This document shows, in pieces, positions 1 through 13,191 of a stretch of DNA of 64,000 bases. Within the stretch, counting starts at the first letter, position 1; every line of letters begins with the position of its first letter. The notes under the pieces were generated by a model. The model did not search any database, was not told the origin of the DNA, and saw only the letters and a program-made list of their open reading frames with translations. The DNA comes from Lytechinus pictus (lineage: Eukaryota): assembly GCF_037042905.1 (NCBI RefSeq), contig NC_087254.1:28086001-28150000 (forward strand), read 5' to 3'. Both the position numbers and the translations under genes were made by a program.

Positions 1-165
1 AAATCATTTTATTAAAACAAAATAACTTAACCTCCATTACCACCTTGCTAATTCATCAAAGATAAAGAAGGTCTAGGCCTGAGCGGGGATTCTAAACTGA
101 CGTATGGATAAGCTTCCCTATTATTCATGTTATTCACTGATCCTGTCTGCCAAGAAGTGATTGAT

Positions 166-319
166 GACTCTTAAAATGTTGGGCAACATATTGTCCACAC
201 AACAATACTGTGTAGTTTTCACCAAAAGCACACATTATTGGTTTAAAACTACCCAGAATTGGATAAAGTTTTAACCAATTGTTGTTTGGACAGTATGTGT
301 CCCAACATCTTTAAGAGTG
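166..319. mobile_element. Small MITE (terminal inverted repeats ACTCTTAAAATGTTGGG...CCCAACATCTTTAAGAGTG)
   Basis: About 30-bp imperfect terminal inverted repeats (TIRs), with TA after the right end. Confidence 0.7.
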
Positions 320-2122
320 TAAGTATGCAATACGTTACGACAACCCATGAAAACGACGCCTAAATCGCCATGAAACCTTGAAAAAAAAAACCAGATATCT
401 ATCTCTATTAATGTTAAAATGATGAGGATATGCCATATGATCTATGGTGCTCTATATGAAGATCTAGATGATGTTATGTTACTCTTTACTGTTATGTGAA
501 TTTTTACTTTTTTCTATTGAATGTTTGACATCATACACCCACATGCATAAACATATTATACATTGCATCTAAACAAGTCCTTTTCAACGCACATTTATTC
601 TACTTCCCAAGTGCATTTAATCCAATGCAATTAAATAAAAATTATAATGAGTCTTTCCTTTTCATTTCATGTATTCTTATTTCAAACGAATGAAGGATTT
701 TTCTATTTATTATAAAATGGAATAATAGTTGTTCATTCTCCTTTTACGAATATAAACATGGAATAAAAATGAAATAAAAGACATTAAAAATCATGAATGC
801 TATAGCCTTGAATCTATATCGGGGAAAAATCCTAGGCTTGTTATTAGTTCTTGATGAAATATTATCATCATTCTTGCAATTCTTCAAGCCATATTGAACG
901 ATATGAAGATTAAGTGAGACCATTTTTTTATGACTTTCCTAAGCATAAAAAAAATCAAAATAGTTTTCTTCGACAATTAGGACATACGTGAGGAGCTGGG
1001 AATCTCCAAACTTTACAATCTTTGTTTTGATGTATTTAGTTCTTTCATATTCTCATCATACATCATCCTTAATAGCTTTTCTGATTTTAATTATATCATT
1101 GATATGAGTTCTGCTTTATTCTTTATTGAAATTAAATGCAATATCACGTGAAATCAGGAAAAGTATTAGTTTAAAGCATTAAGCAGTAGAAGCCGTTTTG
1201 ATTTACAGTGGCTATAACAGTTGCACCATGCTCTTTAATTCGATATATTAACAATATCAGTAAACAAGTTTAATGCAATAATGGTATTACAACAGGAATA
1301 CGGGTCTCATTTTCATTAAATAGAAGGTGAAGAAGATGAAAGCGCCCCCGGTCTTCATTAGAAATTGTGGACAATGAAAGAGTAATTTAATCAGATGCAA
1401 GACGAGCCCGTCAGACGTTACAACCGAAAATTGTATTTACCTACGCCGGTAGGCGCGGCGCGGGATGGTTGTATAATGGGGTAATAGTGTATCATGTCGT
1501 ATTTGAATGTGTCGAAGAGTAGATGGAGTGTGACACGATGGTTAGAAGAGGAAGAAAAATGAGGAGATGAGAAGAGGGGGTGGGGTGGAGGTAGAGATTT
1601 GTGTGTGTGAGAAGGGATGGAGGGGAAGAATACAAGGAAGAGTTGGAGATGGACGGGCGAGGGCAGAGGGTTGGATGAAAGAGATAGAACGAGCGTGTGA
1701 GAGGGAAATAAAGAGAAAGATGGGGAAGGAATGGAGAAGGAGAATTTCTAAATGGCAAGGAGGAAGGAGAAAGGGGCAACGAGAGATAGATGTAGCCAGA
1801 TCAAACAGGGCGGGGTATAATGCAATAAGATTGAGAGGGAGCGCTTTGTGGGGGGTGCATGGGGCAAAATAGGGAGAGAAGATAATCGCAAGAAGGAGGA
1901 ATAAGACAAATTAGAGACAGTAGGATAGTCTGAACCGATGAGTTTGAAAAAAGGGAATGCAAGGATATCCATGACCGGGAGAGATTATTTCCTCATATAC
2001 CGCCCCTCTCCCTATAATTATGGTTGTAAGTTTAGAAAATATTCGTTAAGAAACAAAAAAAGAAAGCTCAATTTCATTGTGAATTATAGAGAACAGAGGA
2101 TGTAGGGAGATAAAGGAATGGA

Positions 2123-2210
2123 ATGTGTGTGTGTGTGAGAGGTACATGTGTGTGTGTGGGTGTGTGTGTGTCTGGGTGAGTGAGAGAGAGGGAATGAGAG
2201 AGAGTGAGAT
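2123..2210. repeat. (GT)n/(GA)n microsatellite
   Basis: Visible dinucleotide runs. Confidence 0.85.
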
Positions 2211-5200
2211 GGGAAAAAGCATTTGTGCCGACCGCCCAAAAAAAGTACGCATCCTTCGATGTCATCATTTATTTTTCCTATCTTATTTCTACTTTTACTC
2301 CATCATCATGGCCATCATCCTCAAATAATGTCACTTCTGACATCTCATATATTTCATACATGTCAGAGTACGGAGGAACTCCGTTTTTGCTATCATCCTG
2401 CGTTCATGGAAGAAAATATTCGCTTTCCAAACGGTGAGTGATTTCCTCTTCCTCCTCACCAGACACAAAATTGTTTAAATGAATATTTCTTCTCGCTCGA
2501 CGGACCTAGACCACTGCTTCATTTAATCCCCGCTTTGGGTGCAAATCTTGTTCCTTTTTTCTTTGCTAACGGAGCACTGTTTAATCCCGTCTTGAGCTGA
2601 CCATACTTATCGATCGAGGGAGTGTTCTAAATGGTTTTCAATCATTGCTACTTACGTGCGGAGACGAAAATGGAAAAGAGATTTTTTAAAGGACTGCTTT
2701 GGTTGACGTTTTAAAAGACGTTTTAAAAGTCAGTACAAACAGCAATCATAATGATACAATATTTTTGTAACACCTATTTCAATTTATAAATAAATGATAA
2801 TGGAGTTTTAATGGTCATGATATTTTTGTATTAAACAGTTCATGTTATATAAAAATCCGGGCCTACACTCTTCTTGAGTAAAACAATGTTGCGTTCTGTT
2901 TTCCACATAGTAAGATTCTCGCAGCGCATTGGTCAAAAGTTGATCACGTGAGCTTCCACATCAATCATCACTCGCAGTGATGGACTTTTTGTGTTTCCCT
3001 GATAATTTCAGTTCATATTTTCTTGCATGTATCATGGCGATTGAAAAATGTGTGTTTTTTTTCATCTTGATATGATTTCAATAAATTAGCTTTCTAGAAT
3101 TCTTTACTGTAATCTAGTCAACGTGAAGTTCATAAGATAGGCTTGCACATTAATGTGATATCCGGAGCTACTGCAAGCAATATTCTGTGCACGCCATGAA
3201 TGTCGTCTGCGCAACGAGGGGGAGTCACCCCCTCCCCCTCCCCGATCCCTCCTCAACTATACCAGCTATCCAACCCTGTTAATGTACACAGAAATACACA
3301 CATGTGCCTCCTACATGTCGTGAAGTCAACCGAGCTCCGTGACAACTCGCTCTCCCCCTCTCCTCTCTTTCTTATCCATTATCACAACGTGTATAATTGT
3401 TCTCTTTTGGCGCCGAAAACGTGTTGAGGTATCTATTTTACGCTGTCGTATCCGACTTCCGATTGAGATGGAAGTCGATGCGACGGTTATACTTACTCCT
3501 TTCGCCCCTCTCTCGTTTCATTTTCCCTCAGCATTTCAGCCAGACGAATTCGAGCTAATATTGCGATTTCTTAAGGTGATAAGACAAACGAGAACAAATC
3601 GGTGTTTGCCTTCAATTGTCTTTCGTATTGGACAGAGGATGTTGTCTTAACGATGAAGTTTGATTTGGTGAAATACGAAACGAAGATAGATTGTGTTCGC
3701 CAATATTGTAGTCCGAGTCCCTCGCGATTAATTCCGCCGTATTGTCATTCTTATTAATATTTTCGCACTTAGAAGATTGTGTTTTTATTTTACCAATCCC
3801 AACGGTACAATTTTGAAGGGTTTAGAAATGTAGGCATATGTACGTTTCAGGTCTACTGAAAGGTCCAAAATCAAAACGTATCAAAATCGGAAACCATTTC
3901 ATTTATAATAATAAATTCAAACGGTTATGCGATTTGCTACTTTAGGAGGTATGTATAACTGCAGTATGGAGAGTAGAGGTATTTTAATGTTACTATAATA
4001 GATGTATGACTTGTTTAATATTAGGGCATGTTAGTTCGTAATATATTATTATCCCTTACAATTAACAGGATTTAATGGAAGCCAGATATCGGTGTGTCAC
4101 TTACATGTATACCATTAACGAATAATCCCCTCCCCCTCCCCAATCTTCAAAGATTCCCGTACTTACGATATATGATATCACATGGTACTAGAAATAGATA
4201 CATCTTCATAGATAAGTAAAACGTGTCGAGCGCGATGACAGCTACATTGATTTATATTTTTTCCTCCTGCTATCCATTTGAAATCAGAATATTACGCGGT
4301 CTGTTGCACCAGTGCCTATTCGCGATCAATATAGATAAGCACAAATCGAGAAGACGTGAGAAAGTTACAGAAAAGTATGGCATGCTCTCCATGTCCACTG
4401 GGCTGTCCGCTATCTGTTTATTTCCAGTGTTAGGGATGAAACATAGGTTGAATTGAATTTGTATCCTATAATACAGTTTTTCTAGATTTCAATTAATTTT
4501 AAAATGTAACGTGAAAATAACGTTTTGTGATATAACTTAATGAGAATGTAAATGCAATGTAATTAGATGTTTATATGTGTATCTACTTATCAAAGAACGA
4601 TCCGAAATCAATTTTACGAAAACTATAATTTAGTTGGATAAGATCTGAATCAGTTCCTCGTGATTGAGCTTGTTTTAATCATGTCTTGCAACGTTGTAAG
4701 TCAATGTTTTGATTTACTACGCGTATTCGATGTTTCTGAGAATTAAAATGGATGATGTTCTTACAATGAATAAGAAGAGATATCCTTTGCAGTATAAATA
4801 TTAAGCTAAATTTGAAACAAAAGCCCAACATGCCAAAATGAATTAGAACTGAAATTATATAAACAGCCAATTTCTTGTAATTCATAAACTTGTGTTACAA
4901 GAGAAAACCTAGACTGCCCGGACTGACTTTTAATAAAGTAAGTGTTAAACAGTATAAGTAATATTATTATCATTATTGAGAAAACATATTTCAATTGCAT
5001 TAGGAAATCATGAAATAGAAGTACATAATTATTACCGTCATCAATCTTGTAGATAAGCGTAGTTAACATAATTTTAAATCGATTTTGCAAGCCATGCAAG
5101 CGGCGTCATTTCTGTCCCCTTCTGTTCTTTCTGAGAATCCGGTTTTGTATTTTTTTCTATTTATTTTTTATAAAAAAATGGCTCGTGGTTTCGTTTGTCT

Positions 5201-8200
5201 TCAAACTTCAATAAACGCTAAGAAGTTACAACAAAAAAGAGAAGAATTATCAAATCATTCATATCGAAAGCAATCTAATTCTGGCGTTTGGGGAATCAAG
5301 TTCTCCTCCCTGATAATCTTATCATCTTCAATAACTCAAACCGCGATGACAATTTCTGAAATTAATCAAGCTTACAGAAGGAATGACAGCTAATGAAACG
5401 TTAGGTCGCTTGTCGCAATTAATTCCCCGCAAAACTTTTATCTTTTCCTCGCCAAAAATCACGCAATATTTGCAGATCAACCGTGAATCTGGATCTGCAA
5501 ATATGAGAATGAGCGTCACAATGAGTCAAAATGAGCAATTAGAAACTGGTAGATGGTTAATGAATTTATCTTTTAATCGTACCGACGCAATTATTTCATT
5601 TTCGCTGTCATCATAATGTTTGCTGGGCATGATTATTTAAAAGGAGAATTCATTTTTGTTTCGAGTGCAGTCAATCTATATGTCACGAGTGCTGACAATT
5701 TAATTCATAATTCTGGTGATTATTTGAGAAAGACTTTGGTCGAAACGAATCATGCTATTGTTCTTCAGAAGTGAGCTCAATACATCTTAGAATCCTTCGA
5801 AATATTGATATCAAGCGTTTGATTTACTTTGCCTATTTCTAATGTTAGATTTGGGTTTTATCTTTCAGAGGTTGAATGTTTATATGTGGTTTTTAGGAGA
5901 AATCGACCGCCTTCTTGGGTTTCATAAGGGCTTATCAATTCCGGGTTGAAATGATTGTGATGCTTTGTTAACAAACGACTGGTTGGTTCTAGACCTATAT
6001 CAAACATCCGAATAATTATGTTGGTTAAAACATTTCAGAAAGTGCTCTTTTTTAAGTGATAATAACCCTGGCTAAACAAATGGGGGTACTGGGTTATTCT
6101 GAATCATGAACTACTTTGAAAAACACTTCTAGGCATGATAAAAGTGCTTTTGACGTTCGAAATATTCAAGGACATTTAAAACTTTTCAGCCCACTTTAGT
6201 TGGTCGGTTGAATTCTTACGGTGTTTTATCTTTATTTTAGGCACTTTAAGAAGTTAGGCTATAACGCTTCGTTATCCTCTTTGCATTTCTTCCTAGAATA
6301 TAAATATTGAATAACTTGTGTAAAATTTGAAGGCCAGAACGAGGCCGTACATCGCGATCGGGTACATTTAATTTAAAGCAATCAAGCTGTCTATCTTTTC
6401 TCGCTTTAATTACAAGCTAAGATAGAAATCTGGCTCGCGCTCCGCTGCTTCTATCGACTTTTCTCGAGGAAAAGTGACAACTACGAATGAGGGCGAAGAA
6501 GAGACAAATACCACGAAAAAAAATCAAAGTTTGCTAATGTGTAGCTTGACAAGGCGCGCTACAAAATAACACTTTCGAAGTTCACTCGTCGATAAAGTGA
6601 AGTCATAGTAGCGTTAAGATTTTAGAGATTGACTTGACTTAACCATGTTAACTGTTTGGTGCTATTGATTTGAGTTTCATCACACAAGCAAAATCGATGG
6701 TGTATTTCACAAGCTAAATGGGTGAAAAGGGAGGCTAGTTAAATAGGCACAAGGGGCAAGAAAAGGTGTATGATTACCTGCCAATAAAGAAATTAGGACA
6801 TTCCAATGAAAACCGAGTTCATTTTATAACTTAAATTATGAGTTTTCATGAAATTTCCGTACTATTTAATGTGAAGTAAATTATAAAAATTGATAAGACT
6901 CTTTTCTGCTTAGCTTCTCTATTCACCAAGGAGTGCTTATAATTATTACTCTGTCACTTCGTAATGAGCATTGTGGAAAATCATAAAAAATATGTATGCA
7001 AACATGAATACTTTACAAAGATCAGATGATCCTTACAAAGATCATTTCCCTGGTAAACGTTTCCGATTTGTGAGCTAGTGGGGCTTATGAACGACCAAGT
7101 GAAGGGGGGGGGGGGCATGGCGGCATTTCATTTGCCTCTACTCAGTCACCCCCCTAAAATTTTGAAGAATTAAAAAAATGAAAGTAAGTGCGCCTCTGCC
7201 CCCAAACAATCTTCACTTGCACCTACTTCCCCACCATCCCCGCCCTATTTAAAAAATCCTGGTGCCTATACAAATTAGTAAGTTAAAGAAATGTATTATT
7301 ATCCACCGTCTTGATTTTTTGATATAATATTCCAACTATTTGAAGATATATTTTCAATAAAGTAGTCAACCCTTCGCGGTGTTATCTTCATCATCTTCGA
7401 AATGGAAAATAATAGAAAACTTAAAGTCCAAAGAAATTCACAGCATATATACGTGTTCACTACGAACGTTCTTGATGTGCAGTGAATGGCGGATCGACAG
7501 GTTATCACGTGATGAATTTATGACACGTGATACGTGAGATACCAGTAAACGCGCGATAATCAGCGATAGCGATCAGGCATCGGTATCGTTCGACGTCGAT
7601 CATTCGAACACTAGCTCTGTGACAACCGTTGCTGTCAGGACTGTTCATAGATTCGGGGAAGAAGTAGAGGAAAGATGAAAATTGATGAACAAACTTCAGA
7701 CGAGGCTTCGTTTATTCCATGAAGACCTTAAGAAATGGGTTTTGGACGATATCACTTTGTAGATTAGTTGTGCCCGTTTCAAACTATTTTTTTCCTGCCG
7801 AGTGTATTAATTGAAGATTCATCGTTTTATATAGCAAAGTGAAATAAAGTCATTCATTGTTGCAAGTTTTCGAATCGCAGCACCCGTAAAATTGTAATTT
7901 TAGGCATAATTACGATAAAAATAAAACTGCTGAAAATTATTGTTTTATGAGGATCCGCAATGTGAGAAGATATTAATATATATATTTTTTTTTCTCTCTC
8001 TTTTTTTTTGTTGGGGGGTTCTTGGCTTATTATTCATGCTTTCGTAATTATAGTCAAGAAATTTGAAATCAAGCCACTCCGTGACACCTGAAACTTATTA
8101 AATTAACCGCAATCATGATCAGAGCAATATCAATTATTATTAGGATACGGAAAAAATGGAACATGCTTTCCTGACTATGGACATTGCATTTCTTGATGAG

Positions 8201-8734
8201 ACTGATATAGATGGAGTTCCATTAGTTCATTGTAGTTCGTACTTTGGTTAAACCATTATACTCTAGCACAAAATTTATTGCATTTTTCTTTTGGATGGGC
8301 ATGTACAATATTCAAAGATACAGCTATTGGAATGATATTCAGTCCTGAGAAGAATTTCACTTTCCTTTCCCTATATTCAAGGGTGATCTCGTTCAGAATA
8401 AACTTATTTCGGCGGGAAAATATATACAATAAACACTTATCTACCACTTGGTGATTGGGCGCTATAGAAATGCCAAGTGTGATCGATTCGGAATGGGGGT
8501 GATTTTAGCTGAATTATATGACAGGCAAGATACCGAGCAAGCCGCTAAAAACATCACATAACAGCTTAATTGAGGGCAGTACTTTGCCTGAGCGGGCAAA
8601 TTTCCTCGCACGCCAGAAATCAATAAATGGCCAAACTGAAGGGCAATTCAAGAGCCTTCCAAAACAGGATGTAACGAGTTGCGACGTTGACATTAGAGTT
8701 TCTATTCGGGATTTATGCGTCCAATTTTTTGCAC

Positions 8735-8900
8735 CCCCTTCCCTCTCCCACCCCCCCCCCCCCGCTATCTCTCTCTCTCTCTCCTTCCTTTCTCTATTTC
8801 TGTCTCTTTCTTTCTTTCTTTTTTCTCTATTCTCTTTCTCTCCTCTTCCTGTTTCTCACTGTATCCCTCTTTCTACCAGCCTCTCCCACACCCACCTCCC
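8735..8900. repeat. Poly-C and (CT)n pyrimidine tract
   Basis: Visible low-complexity sequence. Confidence 0.85.
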
Positions 8901-9419
8901 CCACTTACACAGACTCCGCCCACAAACTCATCTTCGTTGAGGTTGATATCGTTTCCTCACTTTTCACCGGTTTTACCCAGACTTTCCCCATCCTTATTTT
9001 CATCTCCATTATGTTCTATTTCTGTTGAATTAGTGTGTGCCACATTATAGCATTTGATGTCATTTATCGGGCATGGCTCAAAGTCTAGCTATCAGGCACG
9101 TCATTCTGTCGAATTTCTTGACTCATCTCCACCTGCTTTGTGGCTATCATTAGTTATCACGAGGAAGTATTTATTCATCCATTTATAGAGTTTTTTATTC
9201 TCTTTCACTGTTGTTATCTGTCTTAACTTTCGTGTTTATTCTTTAGAAAATTCAAAATTAAAGTACCTTTTATATACATGTTGATGGTATATTGCTTGTG
9301 TTGTTCAACTTTTCTGTCACGGTGAAGGTGCGTTTTTATATCGTGTTTAAATGTCCAATCAACATCGGCACTAAACTGGCAATATCTTTGAAACAATCAC
9401 ATGTAACAGGAACATGCTA

Positions 9420-9668
9420 CAAATCCTTTAAAAAAGAAAACGCATCTTGATATTTCCAGATGTTTAGGGGCTCGTTTATAGTGACTGCATTGCGGAGTGT
9501 CTATATTGTGCACTTCTGGTGCTTAAAAGCACGGAAGCACGTGACATGCTGCATTGAGCACTCCAGGTGCTGGTTTTGCACCCCAAGTGCTCAAAATCGG
9601 CACCCCGTTGTATAGTCACTCTATACAAACGCACAAACTGCCTAATCTAGCACTTTCTTTCTTAGTGT
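9420..9668. mobile_element. Degenerate MITE with internal inverted repeats
   Basis: TATAGTGACT (~9477) is inverted against AGTCACTCTATA (~9614). GTGCT/AGCAC motifs recur inside, and the right end reads TTAGTG-TA. Boundaries are approximate. Confidence 0.45.
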
Positions 9669-10006
9669 ATCTTCGGTAGATATGAAAGCATAAAGAGAAA
9701 TTATGTAGCGAGGCCTGGAGGAAATCTGTCAAATATTGTAATATTCTTTGGAAGAATTGAAAATGCCGAACTAAGCCAGAAAGTAGTACACCTACGCCAA
9801 ATATCCTTATGGAATCCCCTTAAATGTCACAATCTTGGTGATTTGAGAAAATTATGAATATGGTGTTTCAGTAATGGTCTGCAGTCTGGTAACATGTATG
9901 TAGATGAGGTAGCACCCCTTTGAATCTTATATAAGCTTCAAACAAAAGAAATAATAAAATAATAAGTCTAATTGTGCTGTACTATTATCTTTTCCATTTT
10001 CTACAG

Positions 10007-10936
10007 GTTTGGTTTCAGAACCGAAGAGCAAAATGGCGGAAGAAGGAGAATACGCGGAAAGGTCCTGGTCGCCCTGCCCACAACGCTCATCTTACATCGT
10101 GCAGCGGAGACCCAATTCCACCTGATGAGCTAGAGCGAAAAGAGAGAATGAAAGTAGAAAGGAAGATCAAGAAACAAAAGGAGAAGGCAGAGAAAGCACC
10201 AAATCGACATGTTTCTAGGCGAGTTGGTGGCAGCAGTGGGTCTGAAGGAAGCGCTGGTGGAGAGGGTGAGAAGAGAAGAAGAGACTCGTGTAGTTCTTCA
10301 ACAGGTTTATGTGTAGATGGACCGACGGGGTTTTTAACAGAAGGCCATCTGTCACAGAAAGACTTCATGGAAAGCTCGAGCGCTGAACCAAGCGAGGTAG
10401 ATTCAGAATGCATGGACAACATCAGTATTGATACATCGGAAGAACAGCGAAAACTTCCGGATTCGCCGCGGTTCAAATTAGCGGCACGAACTCTTTTAAA
10501 TCCACTGCGGGGTGTCGGACCGTTACCGCGGTTCGATGCGGATAAACTTCAAGACTGCGACGCCGCATCCGCATTTCATAGTTCGTTTAGCATCGACAGA
10601 CTTCTGTCTCGCCAACCGGAGCAGCACCCGGATATGAAACCAGGAACTGTTGCGGCAGCCGCTGCTGCTGCTGCCCTCTGGCCCGAATTCTGCCCGAGCT
10701 ATGCCCTAGCAGCACCAAACCCTCTTGCATGGGGTGCCCTCACTACCTTTGGGTTCCCGAGAATGTGGGCCGGTCTTACGGCAGATCGATTAGCCGGGTG
10801 CTTACGGGCCAACAGTCAGCAATTAGGCCTACTTGATGCATGGAGGGAGAGAAAGACAATGAGTGTCGAGGCACTAAGGAAGAAAGCACAAGAACATAAA
10901 GAGGCGTTGAGCAAAAATGATCTAAGCGATGGGTGA
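10007..10936 (+). CDS. Uncx: Terminal coding exon of an Uncx/unc-4 paired-like (PRD-class, Q50) homeobox gene
   Basis: Polypyrimidine tract and acceptor (tttccattttctacag|GTTTGG) at the classic PRD-class phase-0 intron between homeodomain residues Q46 and V47. The exon encodes helix 3 (VWFQNRRAKWRKKE) followed by the Uncx/unc-4-specific motif NTRKGPGRPAHNAHLTSCSGDPIPPDEL, an eh1-like FSIDRLL (10586-10606), a poly-Ala run and a C-terminal OAR-like motif. Stop TGA ends at 10936. The ORF-track start at 9974 is intronic. Confidence 0.93.
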   Translation, partial: VWFQNRRAKWRKKENTRKGPGRPAHNAHLTSCSGDPIPPDELERKERMKVERKIKKQKEKAEKAPNRHVSRRVGGSSGSEGSAGGEGEKRRRDSCSSSTGLCVDGPTGFLTEGHLSQKDFMESSSAEPSEVDSECMDNISIDTSEEQRKLPDSPRFKLAARTLLNPLRGVGPLPRFDADKLQDCDAASAFHSSFSIDRLLSRQPEQHPDMKPGTVAAAAAAAALWPEFCPSYALAAPNPLAWGALTTFGFPRMWAGLTADRLAGCLRANSQQLGLLDAWRERKTMSVEALRKKAQEHKEALSKNDLSDG

Positions 10937-12648
10937 ATAGAACTTGTAAAATATTTACCATTTTATTAATGTGCATAGTGATAGATATATTAAATTATCT
11001 TAAAAGTGTGAAATGGAAATTGTGGGAGGAAAATTGCATTTATAATGTTTATGTAAAGTTGAAATGAATTGTTATTCTATATGAAAACGTGTTTTATAAA
11101 TAAGTTAACAAACTATAAGGCTGTCTGAAAATACTCATTTGAAAATTAATATGTGGATTGAAGATGCTCCAAGGTTATGGCTAATTGAATTTTACCCCTT
11201 TTATGTTTTCATGGAAAACAATCGCTTTAAACCAGTCTGAAATCATCAAGTAACTTCCCAAACCCGTCCTCCGTATGCATGAACTGTTGACAAAATCGTT
11301 AATGTTTATAAATGAGCATAGAATATCGTTACCATTATAGAATACTCGTTATCCTTGTGCCAGTAACAGTGAACCAATACTTGTTAATATATGCGAAGCT
11401 AGGCAGCTACAGAGGGTGGTCATGATGCCTCCAGACCGCTATGAATTATAGGGTTTTCGTTTCAACTGAAACAATTGATATAAAGATTACAAAAATGCTT
11501 CACTTTACTTTCCTTTATTCAGGAGTTCCTGTTAATTTTCCTAACAAATCTTCAGCCCAAAGTTTTCACCGCCAGGTGGACTAGCGCTGAGCAACCCCCC
11601 CCCCCCCTATTTATATATTTTACCCAATTTTATCTACGTGGTTATTTCGACTACCATGATTACCTCGAGTTCCAGTTGGGTTGTTGTCAATGGGCAAATC
11701 ATTTCAGAGTGCCAGTCATTAAAAAAGATAATCGTCGACATTTACTATTATGGCTAAATTGGTATTAGATACACATTTATCAATCCCATTACAATAGGAT
11801 GTTGTTTATTTTGCTCATTCCTCTGGCATACGTCAGGTTTTTATTGGTATGCATGTAAGGGTTTATAGCTTGAGTTACCTCGATAATTAATAATGGGTGG
11901 TCACTGGTCGTAAGATACTACGGCAACCAACTTTTTCTTCATCATATGCTGACGACGTTCTCTTCTGAATGTGTATTAACTTTTAAAGTATGGGCCAATT
12001 TTACATGTTCCACATTTTTATCTGAAATATGAATGCAAACAAAGTGGTAAGTTGTATAACTAGGAAAATTTAAGTTCAAGTACGTGCATTGTTGAACAAT
12101 TAAAAAAATAAAAAACAATGAGAATTTTTCAAATATCATTCTTAAGATATCACCGTGGGGGATTTATGATCGGCCGCATATAGGTAATTTTCATTCGGAT
12201 GTTCGGTCGGGACAACTCCTTTATTTTCTCCAAACACGAATTTACTAAAATTTCATCTGTTTTCAAAACTTTTACTCAGAAAGTTTTCCACTAAAGCAGA
12301 AGTTATCATTCAATAAATTACAGATATGATGTCGTTTCGATTTACGTATGTGTTCCTTCGATGAATAAAAAAACAATTTCGTGAGGTCACATATAGCAAT
12401 AATATCTTCTGACTAATGCCCTAATGAAAAGGTGCTATAGAAAAACGAAACAAAATCCTAATAACTAATTACACAACAAATGATACAGATGTTCTTACAT
12501 GTTTAATCACATTTTCTTTAGGAAACCACAAAGTCTTAGTGATCGCATTTTAAGGGCCATGACTACCTTATCTCTTCTCCAATTTTTTTCAACCCTTCTC
12601 TATTTTTTAGCATTATAAAGAAACAAATATTCCTCATTTTCGAATAAA
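10937..12648 (+). other. Possible Uncx 3' UTR with candidate polyadenylation signals
   Basis: AU-rich sequence after the stop codon. AATAAA occurs at 12312, 12364 and 12643. The true 3' end cannot be determined from sequence alone. Confidence 0.35.
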
Positions 12649-13107
12649 CCAAAAAGCATACTTCATTGACCAAAGATAAACATTCTATATTGCCAAAATG
12701 TATCAATCGCCAATCTATGATGAATGACTTTCTTTGTTAGATCAGATAACGTAATTCCAGGATAGCTTATTTATGGATATGGGTGAATTATTTCTTTATA
12801 ATTCGTTTACGGTATATGTTATATTTATTTATCGTTTACAGTGTTCTTGAGGTATATTGATTCCACATTTCAAATCACAAAGCTATGTTGGTAATGTCAT
12901 GAAACAAACCAATGATCTACGAGATACCACACTCGACTAAGGCGAGGTACATGAATAGCTGACAGGAATGTATTCCTTTGTTGGCATAGTCTATCCCTAC
13001 CTGCTGCATTGGCATGAATGCAGCCATTGCCATAATTTTATTTCTCAATCCATTGAAATGTTATTAACTATCAAATATCGATTCTATCCTTATTTTTTTT
13101 ATCCTTA

Positions 13108-13150
13108 ATATATATATATATATACATGTATATATATATATATATTTATA

Positions 13151-13189
<39 letters not shown>
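13108..13189. repeat. (TA)n microsatellite
   Basis: Visible dinucleotide run. Confidence 0.95.

Positions 13190-13191
<2 letters not shown>

Larger units (their letters stand above)
1..10006 (+). other. Probable large intron of the Uncx gene (homeobox-interrupting)
   Basis: No sequence encoding homeodomain helices 1-2 (expected ...HYPDVFMRE...ESRVQ|gt) was seen in 1-10006, so the donor probably lies left of the window. Confidence 0.65.

Noticed and set aside
840-1260. Possible highly decayed LINE RT on the minus strand (KTK-IVKFG-like fragment)
   Set aside because: Too degenerate to support without a profile search.
2380-2441. HPAFMEE...|gtgagt as a possible upstream Uncx homeobox exon
   Set aside because: Only superficial similarity to HYPDVFMRE. 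It does not end in ESRVQ and lacks other homeodomain residues.
9974-10006. N-terminal MLYYYLFHFLQ of the 320-aa ORF
   Set aside because: It is the translated polypyrimidine tract and acceptor of the intron. The exon starts at 10007.
10087-10476. 129-aa antisense ORF inside the Uncx exon
   Set aside because: Typical shadow ORF opposite a coding exon, with no independent support.
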